64,000 nt of DNA from Eledone cirrhosa (lineage: Eukaryota). Made by a program: the position numbers and the translations under genes. A model generated the notes under the pieces. That model ran no database searches, was not told the DNA's origin, and was given only the letters and a program-made list of their open reading frames with translations. Positions 35,870-50,145 of the stretch are shown one piece after another (position 1 is the stretch's first letter; each line of letters begins with the position of its first letter). The DNA lies in assembly GCA_964016885.1 (NCBI GenBank), contig OZ024747.1:64542001-64606000 (forward strand). Reading direction: 5' to 3'.

Positions 35870-38506
35870 CTAGCCTCCACATTCTTACTCAATATACAAG
35901 GTATCAGCCAATCGATCAATGCACAGAAATGGAAGATCCAATTCATTGAGGATTGGGTTGTAAATCAGTCTGTAAATCAGTCACTGTGCACAATAAAGCC
36001 AATGACCTGACATTGGTTGGGCTCTATAGGCCACCAGAAACACCCATAATCTGTTTCAAAGAATGCCTCAACAGTATTAAATGCTTTATTAAACAGTGTC
36101 ATTCTAGCAACATACTTTTGATGGAAACTTTAATCTACCCTGTGTCGATTGGTCTACATGTAGTTTGAAACCAGGCTCCACAGCCTCAACCACTGACAAA
36201 GAGGCTGTCGAGTCACTTCTTGACTTCATGAATGAGTTTTTATTGTCCCAACTTGTCCTTGCACCAACGAGGCATCAGAAGAACATTCTGGATCTAGTGT
36301 TTAGTAACCACACTAACACTATACATAATATTACAGTGGAAAAACCCTTCTCTCACACCATGACATGGTTCTTTGTAAGCCGAAAACTAATCCCAGGGTC
36401 CTCTCTCCATCCCACCCATTTGATAACATGGATCTCCACAATGCCAACTGGGATGCAATTATGAACGAACTATCACATGTCGACTGGTCTTTTATACACG
36501 CACACACATCAAAGCATCTTGGCAGATCTTTGTAGACACTGTCACAAATATATGTACAAAACACACCCCACCAAAACCTGTGAACAAAACCAAGTGCAGT
36601 ATCCCCCAAAACAGAAAAACAATTATCAGAAAAATAACAAGAACAAACAAAAAAATTAACACACTAAAATACTTCCAACAGCAATACACACATTCAATGG
36701 CTATCACCCTGCTTGAGTCAAAAAAATATAACCTCCAGCAATGCATGATGACCATCATCAATAACCAAAGAAAAGCTGAAGAGAGGTGAGCCATTGAGAA
36801 AACCACACTCAACCCCAAAGTGTTCTTCTCATTCGCTAAAAAACACAAGGTCACCGTCTCCACTGTTGGCCCTCTAGTTGATGAAAATGGCACACTCCAG
36901 GACAATGCCAAACCTGATATGGCAGATCTGGGCCGTTTCAGTGATATTAACCCCCAAGACACTATATCAGACATAACGTTTGGCGCCCCTGATGTCTTAG
37001 TGGCAATAAACGAAATTAAACACAATGCAGGAGTAGGCCCCGACAGGTTCCCTGCTTGTGTCCTGAAAGTGTGTCGACACCAACTTGCTAATCTGTGGAG
37101 GAACCCACTGGACACTGGCTATATTCCTGAAAACTTTCTGTCCCAGTCCGTTGTCCCAGTCTTCAAAAAGGGAAATAAGTGCCTTGCAGTGAACTACCGT
37201 CCGATCTCACTCACCTCTCATATTATCAAGGTATTTGAGAGGGTGGTGAGATCACGAATAACCCACTTTCTCGAAAGCAACGGCCTGCAGAACTCTAACC
37301 AACATGGATTCCGTAATGGAAGGGACTGCCTAACGCAGCTCCAACACTGATGTCATCTACCTTGATTTCAGCAAGGCCTTCGACAGGGTTAATCATAAGA
37401 TCCTACTGAAAAAAACTATCCAATGTTGGTGTCTCTCGAAGGTTACTCCAGTGGATCAATTGTATCCTGACAGGTAGAACCCAGCATGTTGTAGTCGAAG
37501 GAGTAAAATCAAGCCCTACCAAAGTCAGCAGTGGCGTTCCACAAGACACTATGTAGGGCCCACTTCTTTTCATCATCTACATTAATGACATTACTGACAT
37601 CATCAAACACAGAAACATCAGAATCTTCGCAGATGATTCCAAGCTCCAAAGGGTCTTCAATGAGGTGGGTGACCGGACTTGCCTTCAGTCAGATCTACTG
37701 GCTGTTATCCAATGGGCAGAGATGAATAATATGCTGTTGAATGAGGATAAATTTGAACTAATCCACTTTGGAAAAAAGGATGCCCTGAAACTACCATACT
37801 CTCTTTGGTGAAACTCTAGTGGCTTCCAATAACATCAGAGACCTGGGAGTAATTGTGGACAACAATATAAGATGGGCCACTCATATAAACAGAAAAGTTG
37901 ATATGGGCCGCAGAATGTGTTCCTGGATTCTCAGAACTTTCCAGTCGAGAGATATCCACACTCTTATCCTTCTCTTCTCCACGTTTGTCCGACCCCACCT
38001 TGAATACTGTTGTCTACTGTGGTCACCCCACACGAAACAAAGTATCATGAATGTTGAAGCACCCCAAAGGTCAATCACAAAAAAGAGTTGGCATGACAGG
38101 ACTTGACTATTGGGGTCGATTAGAAAAGCTCAAACTTTATTCTCTTCAACGTAGCCGTGAGCGCTACATTATCTGTATGATGTGGAAAATATTCCATCAG
38201 CTTAGCCCAAATGATGGTGGCATCACCTTTAGTGTACACCCAAGGCTTGGGCCCAGTGCTATCCGCCCACGACAAAAATCCCACTCGCATCAGGTAACAA
38301 CAATACGGCACAAATATTTCACCTCAATTGGCCCTGCACTCTTTAACATTACACCAAAACACATCAAAGCAGAGACAGACCCCATCAAGTTCAAGAAGTC
38401 TTTGGATAAATTCCTTCAAGAAATCCCGGATAAGCCTCCTACACCCGGATATGCCTCCGTAAACAATAACTCTCTGCTCGAGTGGGCCATGGTGCCCAAA
38501 CACTGA
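35870..38506 (+). pseudogene. LINE ORF2 remnant (endonuclease + reverse transcriptase)
   Basis: Motifs are spread over ORF fragments at 35510, 35953, 36165, 36820, 37819 and 38051. There is an apparent deletion between LTQLQH and DVIYLDF. Confidence 0.9.
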
Positions 38507-39040
38507 TTTGTAAGACTTCGCCAGGTGGTGCTATTAAATTAGACATTGCCTGGGCCAATACTGGCCGAAACCTATCAAAGTTATCAAGTTATCAAAGTTA
38601 TATATATATATATATAAAGACACACAAAAGGTCCTACAATAATTTTAGTCTAGAATATAGTAGCTATAAAACATTAATCTGAAAACAATTCGCTTTATTT
38701 TGGTTCATTTTTGCGCTATAACAACGTCAATATAATGACTTGGAATTGGTTAATGACAAAACATTAAGTGAGAAACTGTATTACAATTTATGCCTCTTTA
38801 TTCAGTATTATGTGTTAATGTATAAAGTTTCATTTGTATAGACTATATACGAATTAATTAGGTTCATTCGTGAACTGCACCACGATTATGATTGGATGTT
38901 TTACTCTCAAGTGTAAAGTCGCAATTGCAATCCCCGAACACGGAGCTGTGTTCCACTATGGGACAAGACTCTTTATGTCACGTGGCATTAGTCCATCCAG
39001 CTGGAAAATATGTATGTATGTGTATATGTATGTCTGTGTG

Positions 39041-39076
<36 letters not shown>

Positions 39077-39398
39077 CGGGGGGTGGAATAATGGCTTCAC
39101 TTGTGCTTTCAACAAATTTATTTTCTTCACAAAATCCCAAAAGAATTTTTTTCCGGATTAGAAAAAAATTTTTTAAAAGAAAATTTGTTTATATATAAAA
39201 TAAGTTGTTGGTTGTTGGTTGGGTCTTAGGAGTTCTTGGTTAACGTAGGAGATATTGTTTCGTCTTTAGAAAGACCTTTCACGCTGAGGTGCGCTTGTCA
39301 AACTGATGTGTATGTGGTGTGTTGTTCTATATATAATGATTTAACATGTTTGTGGTGTGGTGGGGTTTTTTTTTTATATATATATATATATATAGAAT

Positions 39399-39449
39399 GG
39401 CTTCTACAGGACTAGAAGTGTTTCATTCGGGAGAAATCACCAGGAAGCC
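39399..39449 (-). ncRNA. Degenerate hammerhead, ACAG-stem family
   Basis: GGCTTC-CTGGTGA(A6>G)-TTTCTCCCGAAT-GAAACAC TTCTAGTC CTGTA-GAAGCC. Confidence 0.6.
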
Positions 39450-39529
39450 CTCTGCTATATATTGAGTATCTTACTTAAAAGGGTTACCCCCGATTGAACC
39501 TGGGATAAACTTTATATATATATATAAAG

Positions 39530-39790
39530 ACACACACAAACACAAGATGGCGTAGGATAGAACAAAGGAGAGGCACAAAAACAAAGAAAAGAATCCCCAG
39601 TCACTGAAGAGGTCACAGAATGTGTGACGAAAGAACTTTGACAATATATGAATAACCGTCCGGTTATGGAACCAACCACCCAACCGGAAATTTATAAATT
39701 CTTAAATTTATAAATTTAATTTATAATAAATTGGAGTGAAAGCAACTGGTGCGTGTGTTTCTTATTGGCAACATGACCCTCCCAAAGCAT

Positions 39791-39797
<7 letters not shown>
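39530..39797 (+). mobile_element. 'MTLPKY' family copy with HHR at 39600-39642
   Basis: Same HHR as 15106-15148; ends ATGACCCTCCCAAAGCATAACAAT|(TA)n. Confidence 0.75.
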
Positions 39798-39826
<29 letters not shown>

Positions 39827-41749
39827 GCAATTACATATGTATGTATTCTAATAGTAGATTACATAAAGTAGAGTTCCATCGTTTGGAAAAGTATACTAAT
39901 AACAATATAGTGAATGAGAATAAAAATCATAGGAGAGATTGAAAAGACGACGAGAGAAAGAAAATAGAAAAGTGAGGATTGTCCTGATAGCAAAAACACA
40001 CATCATCATCACATATCATTATCACTGCATTTGCTCTTAACCAACCGTAAAAAAATATCTAGCGTTATAGAGATTACTGGAGGGAATTTTAATGTAGGCA
40101 TTATCAGAATGTACGAACGTTTCGATATAACTTTAAAATGAAATATATCCTGCAATTTAGCAAAACATTTAAGAAAGAAGAGATTTAAATATGACAAGAA
40201 ATGGTAGAAAAGATATTACAACAAGCAGATATAGAAATAAAAAAGAGAGACAGTGAGAAATCATAAGAGAAATCATAAGAGATAGGGAGATATACAGAAG
40301 GGCAAAGAGATGTAGTGAAATAGGAAGCAGAGAGATAAATATTGATATTGCAAGAGAGGGAGAGAGAGAGGGAGGGAGATATAGAGAGATGGGGGAGAAA
40401 GAGAGGGGGGGGGGGTGAGCTGTGAAATTGTGAACAATAGAAACGTGTAGTAAAATGAACTGGTTAGATTATAGTCTACTACTTAAATATGGCTTCTTAT
40501 ATTTTACAAACTGGCAATGTAAGACAATTTTCAACTAACACTCTTAAAGAATTTTAAATCATTTTAGTATTTGTGCAAGAAATGTTTAGAAATGAATATT
40601 CCTCATATATTGAGCTGTAATTTCATGGTACAGTTATAGAAGAGGTCGATGAACTCAAATAATTTAGAATATAAATAACTTTCAGAATGTGGTAAAGTAA
40701 AATTTATCATGTTCATTAAGTGGGAGAAGGACGATATTTTGTGATGTCTCTTTTTATTCAATTTGAACGAGAAATTCAAGAAAAACAGAAAAATAGAACG
40801 TATAGGAGAATGTGGTTAAAGATTGTTAGCTGAGTCAAATACGACTGGTTCTGAGTCAGTCTTTATATGTATGTATTTATTTATTTATTTAATGGATTTA
40901 AAAGTGCGTATAGAGCTAGTAAGTCATGACAGACAAGAAGAAGTATCGAGTTGGTAATCAAAAAGAGGTAGTGTGACAAGTAATAAAAAACTTTATAAAA
41001 GAGGGAAAAGCAAAAAAAAATAATAATGAAAATTTCAAATATTGAAGGTAAATGGGATAAAGAAAGGAAAACAAAAGAAAAATAGGAAACAAAGGAAGCT
41101 GTAAAACAGAAGTTTCTGTTGTTTAATTTGTTCGTGGCTTCGATGTACTCAAAAACTTTGTATGTATTTGGTAGACTTTTAACCATATATTGAACTTCCA
41201 ATCTTGGTATTTTTTAAAGATAGGTTCGATATAGTGGTTTTATATGAGAGGATCCGATGTCAAGACTTAAAATTACAAATAAAATTCAAATAAAATGATA
41301 AAAACAAAGATACGATTGTGATTACCTGCTTTACCTTAATTATCCAAACTAGAGTGTATAATAAATTTCATTTAACATGTTGCAGAAACATATTACCCTG
41401 TTATTCTGAAGTAGAGAGAAAAATGTTCTAGAGAAGTTATTGACGCCACATCGTCTTTTGTTAGACAATGATTGTTCTATAGATGCCAATCAAAGTAAAT
41501 TGTTACTATATCTGGACATTCTAGATTTAAGTTCGTTAAGTAAAGATTGCTTAACTTAAAATATGTTAATATTATGAAACGTTAAGTGTAAGTTAGAAAA
41601 ATAGGAAAACATGTTAAATGTTCTGATTATATCTGATGTCTGACGTTATCTCCCTAGATTAATGCGTTACTTCCTAGCACAGCAACCTATGATACTTACA
41701 TTCTACGCCGTATTTTGTTCTTCCTATAGCGGTTACAATAACTTCCGTT

Positions 41750-43800
41750 GAAAATGAACACGTATCTGTACCTATGCCACAATGAAATATAGACAATATT
41801 ATTGAATTCCTGAAGACCCGAATCTAATGCTAAGCAAACTCATTAAGCCACAGAGAAAGATATATAATACTCTACAGCTAAATATGACAATTACTACTTA
41901 TTACGTATGAACTATTTGTTAAATAATATTCCTACAGATATTATATTAATATGATACCCTGTCACCGCAGACAAGCAGATATAATATGATATATTTAGCA
42001 GTAACCATAAAAGAAAATTGTGTTGTCGATAAAAAGAACATGGATCAGTTGAACTCTCACATCATAGACACAGTTCTGGTGAAATTTCGATAATCAGCTT
42101 GATTGAAAACTCACTCTAGGGAGAAAGCAATAAACTTAGATACACACACGGCAATAAAAATATATTTAACCCGCAACTCACAGAATTTATGCACGATCTA
42201 AAAATACAATAATAAAATTGTAATAAGCAAATCTGATCAGAGCAATTTATTTATTAGTGTTAAAGATGATAATTCGCCACAAATTAACAATATATGATAG
42301 AAATGAATCTATGGTAATTTATAAGAAGTGCAACACTCTCTAAATATAAAATAATAGTAAAAAATAAATTATTACTGCAGAAGCACAAATGGCACGATTC
42401 CATTTTATAGCATAGGAATGGAATTCATCCAGCATTTATTTATAGAAACGTAAATATCAACAAAGTATGTAACCCATTTCAATCCATAATTTCCCAGGCT
42501 GATATATCAATATATCCTATTACCAAATAAATAGGTTAGATTATTGGAAAACATACACTGGAGAGTTATACTACACTTTCTGAAAAATCTGTAGATTTCT
42601 GAGATGAAACGGACAAAGTCGGAGATAAAACGAAATTAGGCAAGACCTACAGTTCAGAGATAAAGATCCGTTTCAATAACATATCCCTGGTGGAAAAAAA
42701 GAAATAATACTGTCTAACTTCCAACATTAAAAAAAACACTCGCAGGTCAGAAATTGGGATAATTGAAATGAGCTGACGGTTTTGAAGAGGCATACTCACC
42801 TCAAATTCTAGTTATGGTATTCAATTTCTTTCATAAGTGGCGTGGATCTATTACCACTTGGGATAGTTGGATACACCCCACATCTGGCATACGTTTATAA
42901 CTAGATTTGCTCAGGTTTGCTCTCAATATACATGCGGTCATCATACGAAAACTAACTGCTCTCTTTAGGACAGACGAACACAAGTTTGTCTACGATTCAA
43001 TTTATACACATACCCAGTTGGCGTAGATACGGCTACACTGCAAGGGCATACCTTTTGTAGCGTTTTATGATCAAGTCTTGCTCCACATGGCTGTATCGTT
43101 CATACATATATGTGTTTCATTTCGAAAACGAAACCCGTACCAAAATACAGACATGGTCTACATTTGATATGTTGATGATATATTTGTTGTAAGGGAGATG
43201 TTGAAATATATTGATTTGGAAATCATTTTATACCCAAAACTTTGTATCTAGTATAGCTAAAGTCAAAAGTTGCATAACAACACACATATTATATGTAAAT
43301 ATAATTATGGAATCAAATAGCCTCTAACGTTTGTTGATACTAAGTATACTAAGAAATGCCTATATCAAAATAGAGGCAATGACGTTTCAACTATATATAA
43401 AGTATCAGTAATGTAGTCGCTACTAAAATATACTCATATAAAACCCTCTTTAAATGGAGAACTACAAGATTTAATCTATCGATTGAAAACTGTAGCCAAT
43501 AATGTTTCTAAAAACAAAGCTAAGAGACAATATTTCTACGACATTGAAGAATACAGGAATTCAACCAAATCAGTAAATACAATAGGCTACGCGAAGTAAT
43601 TAAACTATGACTAAAGTATACATGAATATGTTAACAAAACCTATAAAAATGTAACCATAAACAAGAATTATTATTATATTTTAAAACCGCCAATAACATT
43701 TAACCATTAAATAGATTAACTAATATATTAGAGAACCACAAATAGATTTAAATCACAAACAAGAATTACTAATGTATTGCAAAATAAACCCACCAAAATT
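41750..43800 (+). pseudogene. Old, heavily decayed Penelope-like RT region (boundaries approximate)
   Basis: Fragments IVISKSDQSN (K.DK.N-like) at ~42217, YVDDIFVV at ~43168, and LTFVDT (FLD-like) at ~43324; many stops. Confidence 0.5.
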
Positions 43801-44989
43801 TTAAAACATTTTTCTCAACAACAACAAATCGATAAATTACAAACGTAATTTCAACATTCGTATGTAAACAAGAACATTGGTCACACGATTTCGAAATGAT
43901 TGCAATATTTTATAGCTATCAACACGAAGCAAAAATATATGAAGATAAAACCCACAATGACGGAGGAATCTAGTTAGAAACACATAACACTTCATCCCTT
44001 ATGGATGCAAACATTGTTAAATTTAAAAGTAGACGATTACTACGATAATGATTTCATCATTCGCATGATATTAACTTTGTGATTCTTGAGTCATGTAATA
44101 CATTAAAACTTGGCCTACCATTAAACAAGTCATTAAAAAAAAGGTTTTATTGATCTAGGAACTTTCCAATTCCATACATAGGTTTAACAATAATGGACAA
44201 TTATAAAACCTAAAAAATATATAAAACACGAATATAGTAAGTGTTAGGGGGTGGGGCTTAAACGAAAAGTGTTCATCATATAAAAACTCATTTATACATA
44301 TACACACACGCACGCAAAAACACAACGAAGCAAGAATGAACCTTTTTGATTTTTCGAAAACCAGCAACAATATGGATATTTAATCAACGGTGATACTTCT
44401 GAGGCCCGAACCACACTGTTCCTCATCTAGCTTTAACTCGACAATATCTTTACATCTCTTTGCCAGACACTTAGCTTACACTCTACCGGGGTGGCGTAAC
44501 AAAATATCCCTCGATAATCAGAGCAATTATTCTTGTTTCACTTTTTGAAAATTGAGATTATCAATCCCAATTGACATTGCTTATCTCAGCCAGAGATTAA
44601 CTTCTCTATTTAAGACTTAAAATATCGAGTCAAATTTCATTCCCACCAGAGACCTTTATATAATTTTTCTCTTTAATTACTCTGGTTACCTCAGATTCCG
44701 TTACGTTAGTCATCGTTCCTAGATGCATATCATGTATTAATGTAAAACATGACAAGAGCTATTTTGCTAATTTTTGCTTTAGTAAATCATTGTAGCTTCA
44801 AATGTGAACTTGATTGAAATATTGGATAAGTACTGCACCCATTACTCTCAGCATCTTGTTCAATAGGACTAAGTCGGCGTTAACAGATACGCCATTGTAT
44901 TGCCTGCTTGAATGTACTTGAGTGTTTCGAATAGAGTCATATAGAAAAAACAATCTAAACAATACGTAAATTCACAAACACACACACAC

Positions 44990-45032
<43 letters not shown>

Positions 45033-45429
45033 AAATTGAATATGACAGACTGTGAGAAATAGGGACCAAAGAATAAGTATTGATAGTCAGCTAGCTATAT
45101 ACATTGAATTACAATTTATATCCGTATGTGAATTATCAACTGGAAAATTAATGGTTTGGAATGTTCAGAAAAAACTGGTAATAAGCAAGAGGTAGAACAT
45201 TTGCATTATGAAAGCTAGATTAAAAATAAGACAACCAAAAGTAAACAACAGCCCACATTTTTATATTATATTTAGTAATATTTCGTAGAACCCCGTTTTG
45301 ACAATGAAGGAGATGTAATGTGGTGGTGATAATTTAGTATTTACCAATAATACAGTAATATAAATGCCATTGACGGTTATACAACTTGAATCTATAAGGT
45401 GTGTAAAATATCATCATTTTCTTCTCATA

Positions 45430-45692
45430 TTTGCGTACTGTCACCTCACCTTTTCATTATTTATATGAATAGGATCGATATACACAGGCGGGTTGGAAGT
45501 GATATCCTGAATGGTGGGTGTAAAATAAGTCGGCTGGAATTTGCAAACGGCATGGTGTTACTTCACTCGAGAGAAGGTGATACCCAACTTGCATTTGATA
45601 GGTTTAATGCTGACTTCTGCATGGCTAGAATCCAAATTAGTGCTGCGAAAATTGAGACACTCGTCCTCTCAAGAAACCCTGCACAATGCACT
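45430..45692 (+). pseudogene. RTE-type RT fragment
   Basis: VLSPHLFIIYMNRI..KISRLEFANGMVLL (FADD decayed)..QLAFDRF..ISAAKIETLVLSR. Confidence 0.78.
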
Positions 45693-45940
45693 TAACTTTA
45701 CGTGTTTGTTGGACGTCTGTCAGTTCCGATCCGATGGTGAGTGTTCCAGTTGTTTGATTATTAGAACAGTCAGCTCTTGAGCATTTCAGACACGAATACA
45801 ACTAATTTCCCGAGTTGAGTTTGATTGAACATCGTGAAGTAATGTTTCTTGCTCAAGTATATAACGCACCGTAGGAATTAAACTCATAACCATACGATCG
45901 TGAGATGAACATCATAACACATTAATACTTACGCCCTCAC
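45693..45940 (-). mobile_element. Decayed SINE, family 2
   Basis: Resembles the reverse complement of family 2 (CGTGAAGTAATGTTTCTTGCTCAAG..AACGCAC..GGAAT..AACTCA). Confidence 0.6.
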
Positions 45941-46643
45941 AACATGCATTAGCATTCTACGTACAATTGTACCTTTAACGTATTTCTAAGAGAAATTTGA
46001 GGCACCACCCTGTGTGACAAAGCTGTTCATTTGAACACACCGTCATACGATTCTGAGATTCTGAGACGTACACACCAACATCGAAGCCAAGCACCAATCC
46101 CTCTCGAAATGTTATATAACAAATATGCAGGAATATGTTTTATTCACCTATTGTTCATAACTTAGAAGACTATTTGGAAACATTAGTCTCCGTTTGACAC
46201 CTTACATTTACAATAAAACATTATATATATTCAGGCAGTCATGAAACATTTATACGTGCGCCATGGTAACTAACATCAGATTATGAATATTCTTTAACGT
46301 AAATTATTACATTTGTATCGACAGGAATATATCGGTAATTGTGTCTGACTATTGTTTTAGTGAATTACTTAAGTACAACTTACCATAATGCAATATTTCA
46401 ATATATATATATGAGAGGGAGATGGAGATGGGAGGGTAAAGAGGGAGAGCGAAAGAGGGAATATAGTGTCTGCAATACGAAGACCGAAAAGACTACATAC
46501 CTCGGGAGAATTCGATGCTAATGTAATCTAGTTTTCGAGAAATATAGATTTATATTATTGGATACACATACATTATATATATATATATTCAAGTAATCCT
46601 TGAGTTCATAAAAACCTCCCAATTTGTAAGTAATATTTTATAT

Positions 46644-46695
<52 letters not shown>

Positions 46696-47355
46696 GTTTG
46701 TGTGTGAATGTATGTTATCGTGTGTATGCATATGTCCAAGTAATAAGATAACCCATATTTAAGCTTCTGTCTGATTTAAGTGTATATTCGGAATCATCAA
46801 TGGACAATTAAACATATCGACATTATACACACACCGACGCACCCACTTTAACATTGCACAGACAAATAAATACACGCACACACACACACATTGAACGTAC
46901 TCAAGTCACGTCGATTTCTATATAGTCTATTGGCCACAGAGTGCATTAATGGTAATAGCATAAGCATATATATCACATCTATGTTCTTCATGAGAGTAAG
47001 TAAACATATGTGACCGTACGTGTATGATACTTCAGACACTAATTCTTATTGACAACAACATAGATTAGGTTCTAACTAGCTCTAACATCGGAAATTATCA
47101 AGAAATGTCAGACCTCAGAAGGAAAGAAACATACAAACTACACCTCCCCACTGACTATATCTCTCTGTTTCTATCACTGATTTCAATTGTCTGCTATCTA
47201 TATTTCCTTACATCTCTCTCATACTCTCACGTCTTCTCGTCATAACACTAACACACAAGTAAATAACTAAATATACATACATATATACGTATAAATCTAT
47301 ACACACACACACATATATATATATATACACATATATATATACACATGCATATATG

Positions 47356-47416
<61 letters not shown>

Positions 47417-47489
47417 GTTATTCCGGGTTGAATTGGAGGTAACCACAGTAAGTAAGGTACTCAATACATAACAGTTTTAATATAGATGA

Positions 47490-47577
47490 GATTCTACAGG
47501 ACTAGAACTGTTTCATTCTTTAGAAATCATCAGGAATCAAGAATCCTGATGATTTCTAAAGAATGAAACAGTTCTAG
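47490..47577 (-). ncRNA. Hammerhead (47490-47538, minus) plus a truncated inverted copy (47541-47577, plus)
   Basis: Minus: GATTC-CTGATGA-TTTCTAAAGAAT-GAA-ACAG(TTCTAGTC)CTGT-A-GAATC. Core intact, GUA triplet, weak stem II. Confidence 0.75.
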
Positions 47578-47606
47578 CCATATACAATCTCATATATATA
47601 TATATA

Positions 47607-48012
47607 TGGTGGCTGCCAACTCGTTTTCGAGTACGGCCACTACTTTGTATCCATGTAGGAGAACCCCTACCGATGCGCTGAACGAGTGTGACTTTTTAGT
47701 CCAGCCAGCAACTTGAAAACTCTGGTAGAAACACTACACTTGTGACAATTATTGACACACAGTGCTGGGCCCATGGTACCATGTGACGACAAGTGCAGAG
47801 AGATCTCCAGATATAAAGCAATGCCTGTGCCGTGAAGCTTTTATAGTGAGCAAAGGCACTGCACAAAGCCAGTCCCACTCTCTTAACCAAGATGATATTT
47901 ACCAAAAAGAAGAACAAGTCAACATCATTGGATACCATCAGGGTTGCAGGTGTTATATCAGAGTTTTCCTACTCCTAGAATTCTGCCTTGACAAAGGCTA
48001 AGGTGTCATCTC
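47607..48012 (-). mobile_element. RTE-derived non-autonomous element, copy 3
   Basis: Near-identical to 16928-17337; TA-flanked. Confidence 0.7.
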
Positions 48013-48341
48013 ATATATATATATATACACACATATATGTATATACATATATGTGTATACATACACACATACCAATGTGCACGCATATATATATTATAAA
48101 GTGGAGTCGGGAGCCGATGGCTGAGCTCTACTCGTTTCTATAGCTACTTCTAAACTCTTTTATAAGGATCCTCTAATAACCAAGTATTGAGTGCTCTGTT
48201 GAGTAATGGTCTATTTTTAAACTGGTTCTAAACTAATAAAACAAATATGTGTGTGTGTGAGTGATCCAATCGGTGTTAAGCACAATTAGTAAGGTACACA
48301 ATATATTATTAGATTGTAAACTCTGAATGTTTAATATAGAA

Positions 48342-48396
48342 ATGACTTCCTGTTGATTTGTTTTGAATGAAAATGTTCTACTCCTGTAGAAGTCAT
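48342..48396 (+). ncRNA. Degenerate hammerhead, ACAG-stem family
   Basis: ATGACTTC-CTGTTGA-TTTGTTTTGAAT-GAAAATGTTCTACTCCTGTA-GAAGTCAT; 8-bp stem I retained, core mutated. Confidence 0.55.
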
Positions 48397-48662
48397 AATA
48401 AACACGATCTATATACATATATATATACATATATATGTATATATCATTTTTAATATGGATGTGTATGTATATGTATAAATATGTATATATATATATACAT
48501 ACATATATACATATACATCCATATTAAACATATCTACATACATATACATGCACATCCGTATTAAAAATGATATATACACATATACATACAGATCTATATT
48601 AAAAATGATATATACATATATATATAAACATCTATATTAAATGATATATACATATATATATA

Positions 48663-48881
48663 AAGGAACGATCGACTTTCGTCAAATCGGACCGAGGGAA
48701 CAATGTTTCCGTTGGTCTTTCCAATTGCTAATACTATCTATTGATCGCAACTCCAGGTAGAAGGAGAAACGTGAAATAAAGTGTCTTGCTCAAGGACATA
48801 ACGCATCGCCTGGTCCAGGAATCGAACTCACAACCTTACGATTACGAATCCAATTCTTTAACCACTCAGCCACACGCCTTC
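48663..48881 (-). mobile_element. tRNA-derived SINE, family 2
   Basis: Reverse complement of 50146-50357; A box TGGCTGAGTGG, B box GAGTTCGATTCC. Confidence 0.88.
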
Positions 48882-48924
<43 letters not shown>

Positions 48925-49309
48925 AACATCCATATTAAATGATATATACATATATACATATATACACATACATAACACATACATACACATGTGGGGATGG
49001 GGCGGGGGCATTATGAATATTATTGTATGCACGTGGGAACATATGTTTTACTGCCAGTCACATTTACTTCAAGCATTTCAATACAATAAATATACATACA
49101 AAATATATAAATATGAAAAACTAAAAGAAAATTATTGAAAATTTGAAGGAAGTTAAATCATGTCTAGATTTGAGTGATCACGATCGCCAATTATTTAGAT
49201 TTGAATAGTACTTTCACTGTCTGTATACTTGGCAAATGAACCATTCTCTTTACACTGGCGGCCTAGTTTTGAAAGAAATGTTTATTCTTTAATTTACCCT
49301 CTCATATAT

Positions 49310-49369
<60 letters not shown>

Positions 49370-49483
49370 ATAATAATAAATTTGAAGACTAAAATCCAAA
49401 GAGGGCTCGATAAGGATAAATATATATCAAATATATAGGGTGAAAGCAGCGATTCTCTGCTTAAACTTTAATCTGTTATTTTA

Positions 49484-49490
<7 letters not shown>
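49370..49490. mobile_element. Rearranged copy of the 24117-24272 repeat
   Basis: First part is collinear with 24117-24180; second part (GGGTGAAAGCAGCGATTCT..) is inverted relative to 24198-24251. Confidence 0.7.
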
Positions 49491-49520
<30 letters not shown>

Positions 49521-49604
49521 CGTATGTATACGCGCACACACACATTATATATATATATATACATTTATATATATAATTGCGTATGTATACGCACACACAC
49601 ACAT

Positions 49605-49643
<39 letters not shown>

Positions 49644-49669
49644 GCGTATGTATACGCACACACACACAT

Positions 49670-49738
<69 letters not shown>

Positions 49739-49741
49739 ACC

Positions 49742-49812
<71 letters not shown>

Positions 49813-50145
49813 TTCATTTTAAGATGCACGTGTGGCTAGTTGTTTCTCCTCCAGTAACTTTTACATATTTATGACAGATACCAGCCAGGAATAACAAACA
49901 GCAGCTGAACTAATTAGCTAGAAGATAGCACCAAATTGCCGTTATCACACACTACTGTCCTAAAAAATTGGCTGAACTTATAAGCCAATGTACTGCTGAA
50001 CATAAAGACATGTTGAACGATCGCTGAAATACGTGTGGTCTTTGGAATGATGAATTGTGAACCAGGGTTGACCTGGGGATTCAACCAGTGTACCAGGCAA
50101 CTTGAACTATAATTACAACAGATTTACGCACAGTTATGTAGATTT

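Larger units (their letters stand above)
34551..38600 (+). mobile_element. Near-full-length decayed non-LTR retrotransposon, CR1/L2 group (ORF1 + APE-RT ORF2)
   Basis: APE motifs LLNIQG, VGLYRPP, PTRHQKNILDLVFSN. RT motifs GPDRFP, VVPVFKKG..NYRPISLTSHIIKVFERV, QHGFR, DVIYLDFSKAFDRV, SGVPQ, FADD. C-term LYSLQRSRERY..FKKSLDKFLQEIPDKP. 3' tail (TTATCAA(A)G)x3; (TA)n at both ends; multiple frameshifts and stops. Confidence 0.93.

Noticed and set aside
39240-39300. Hammerhead-like GTCTTT/AAAGAC-GAAAC on the minus strand
   Set aside because: CUGANGA box is not intact and no stem I was found.
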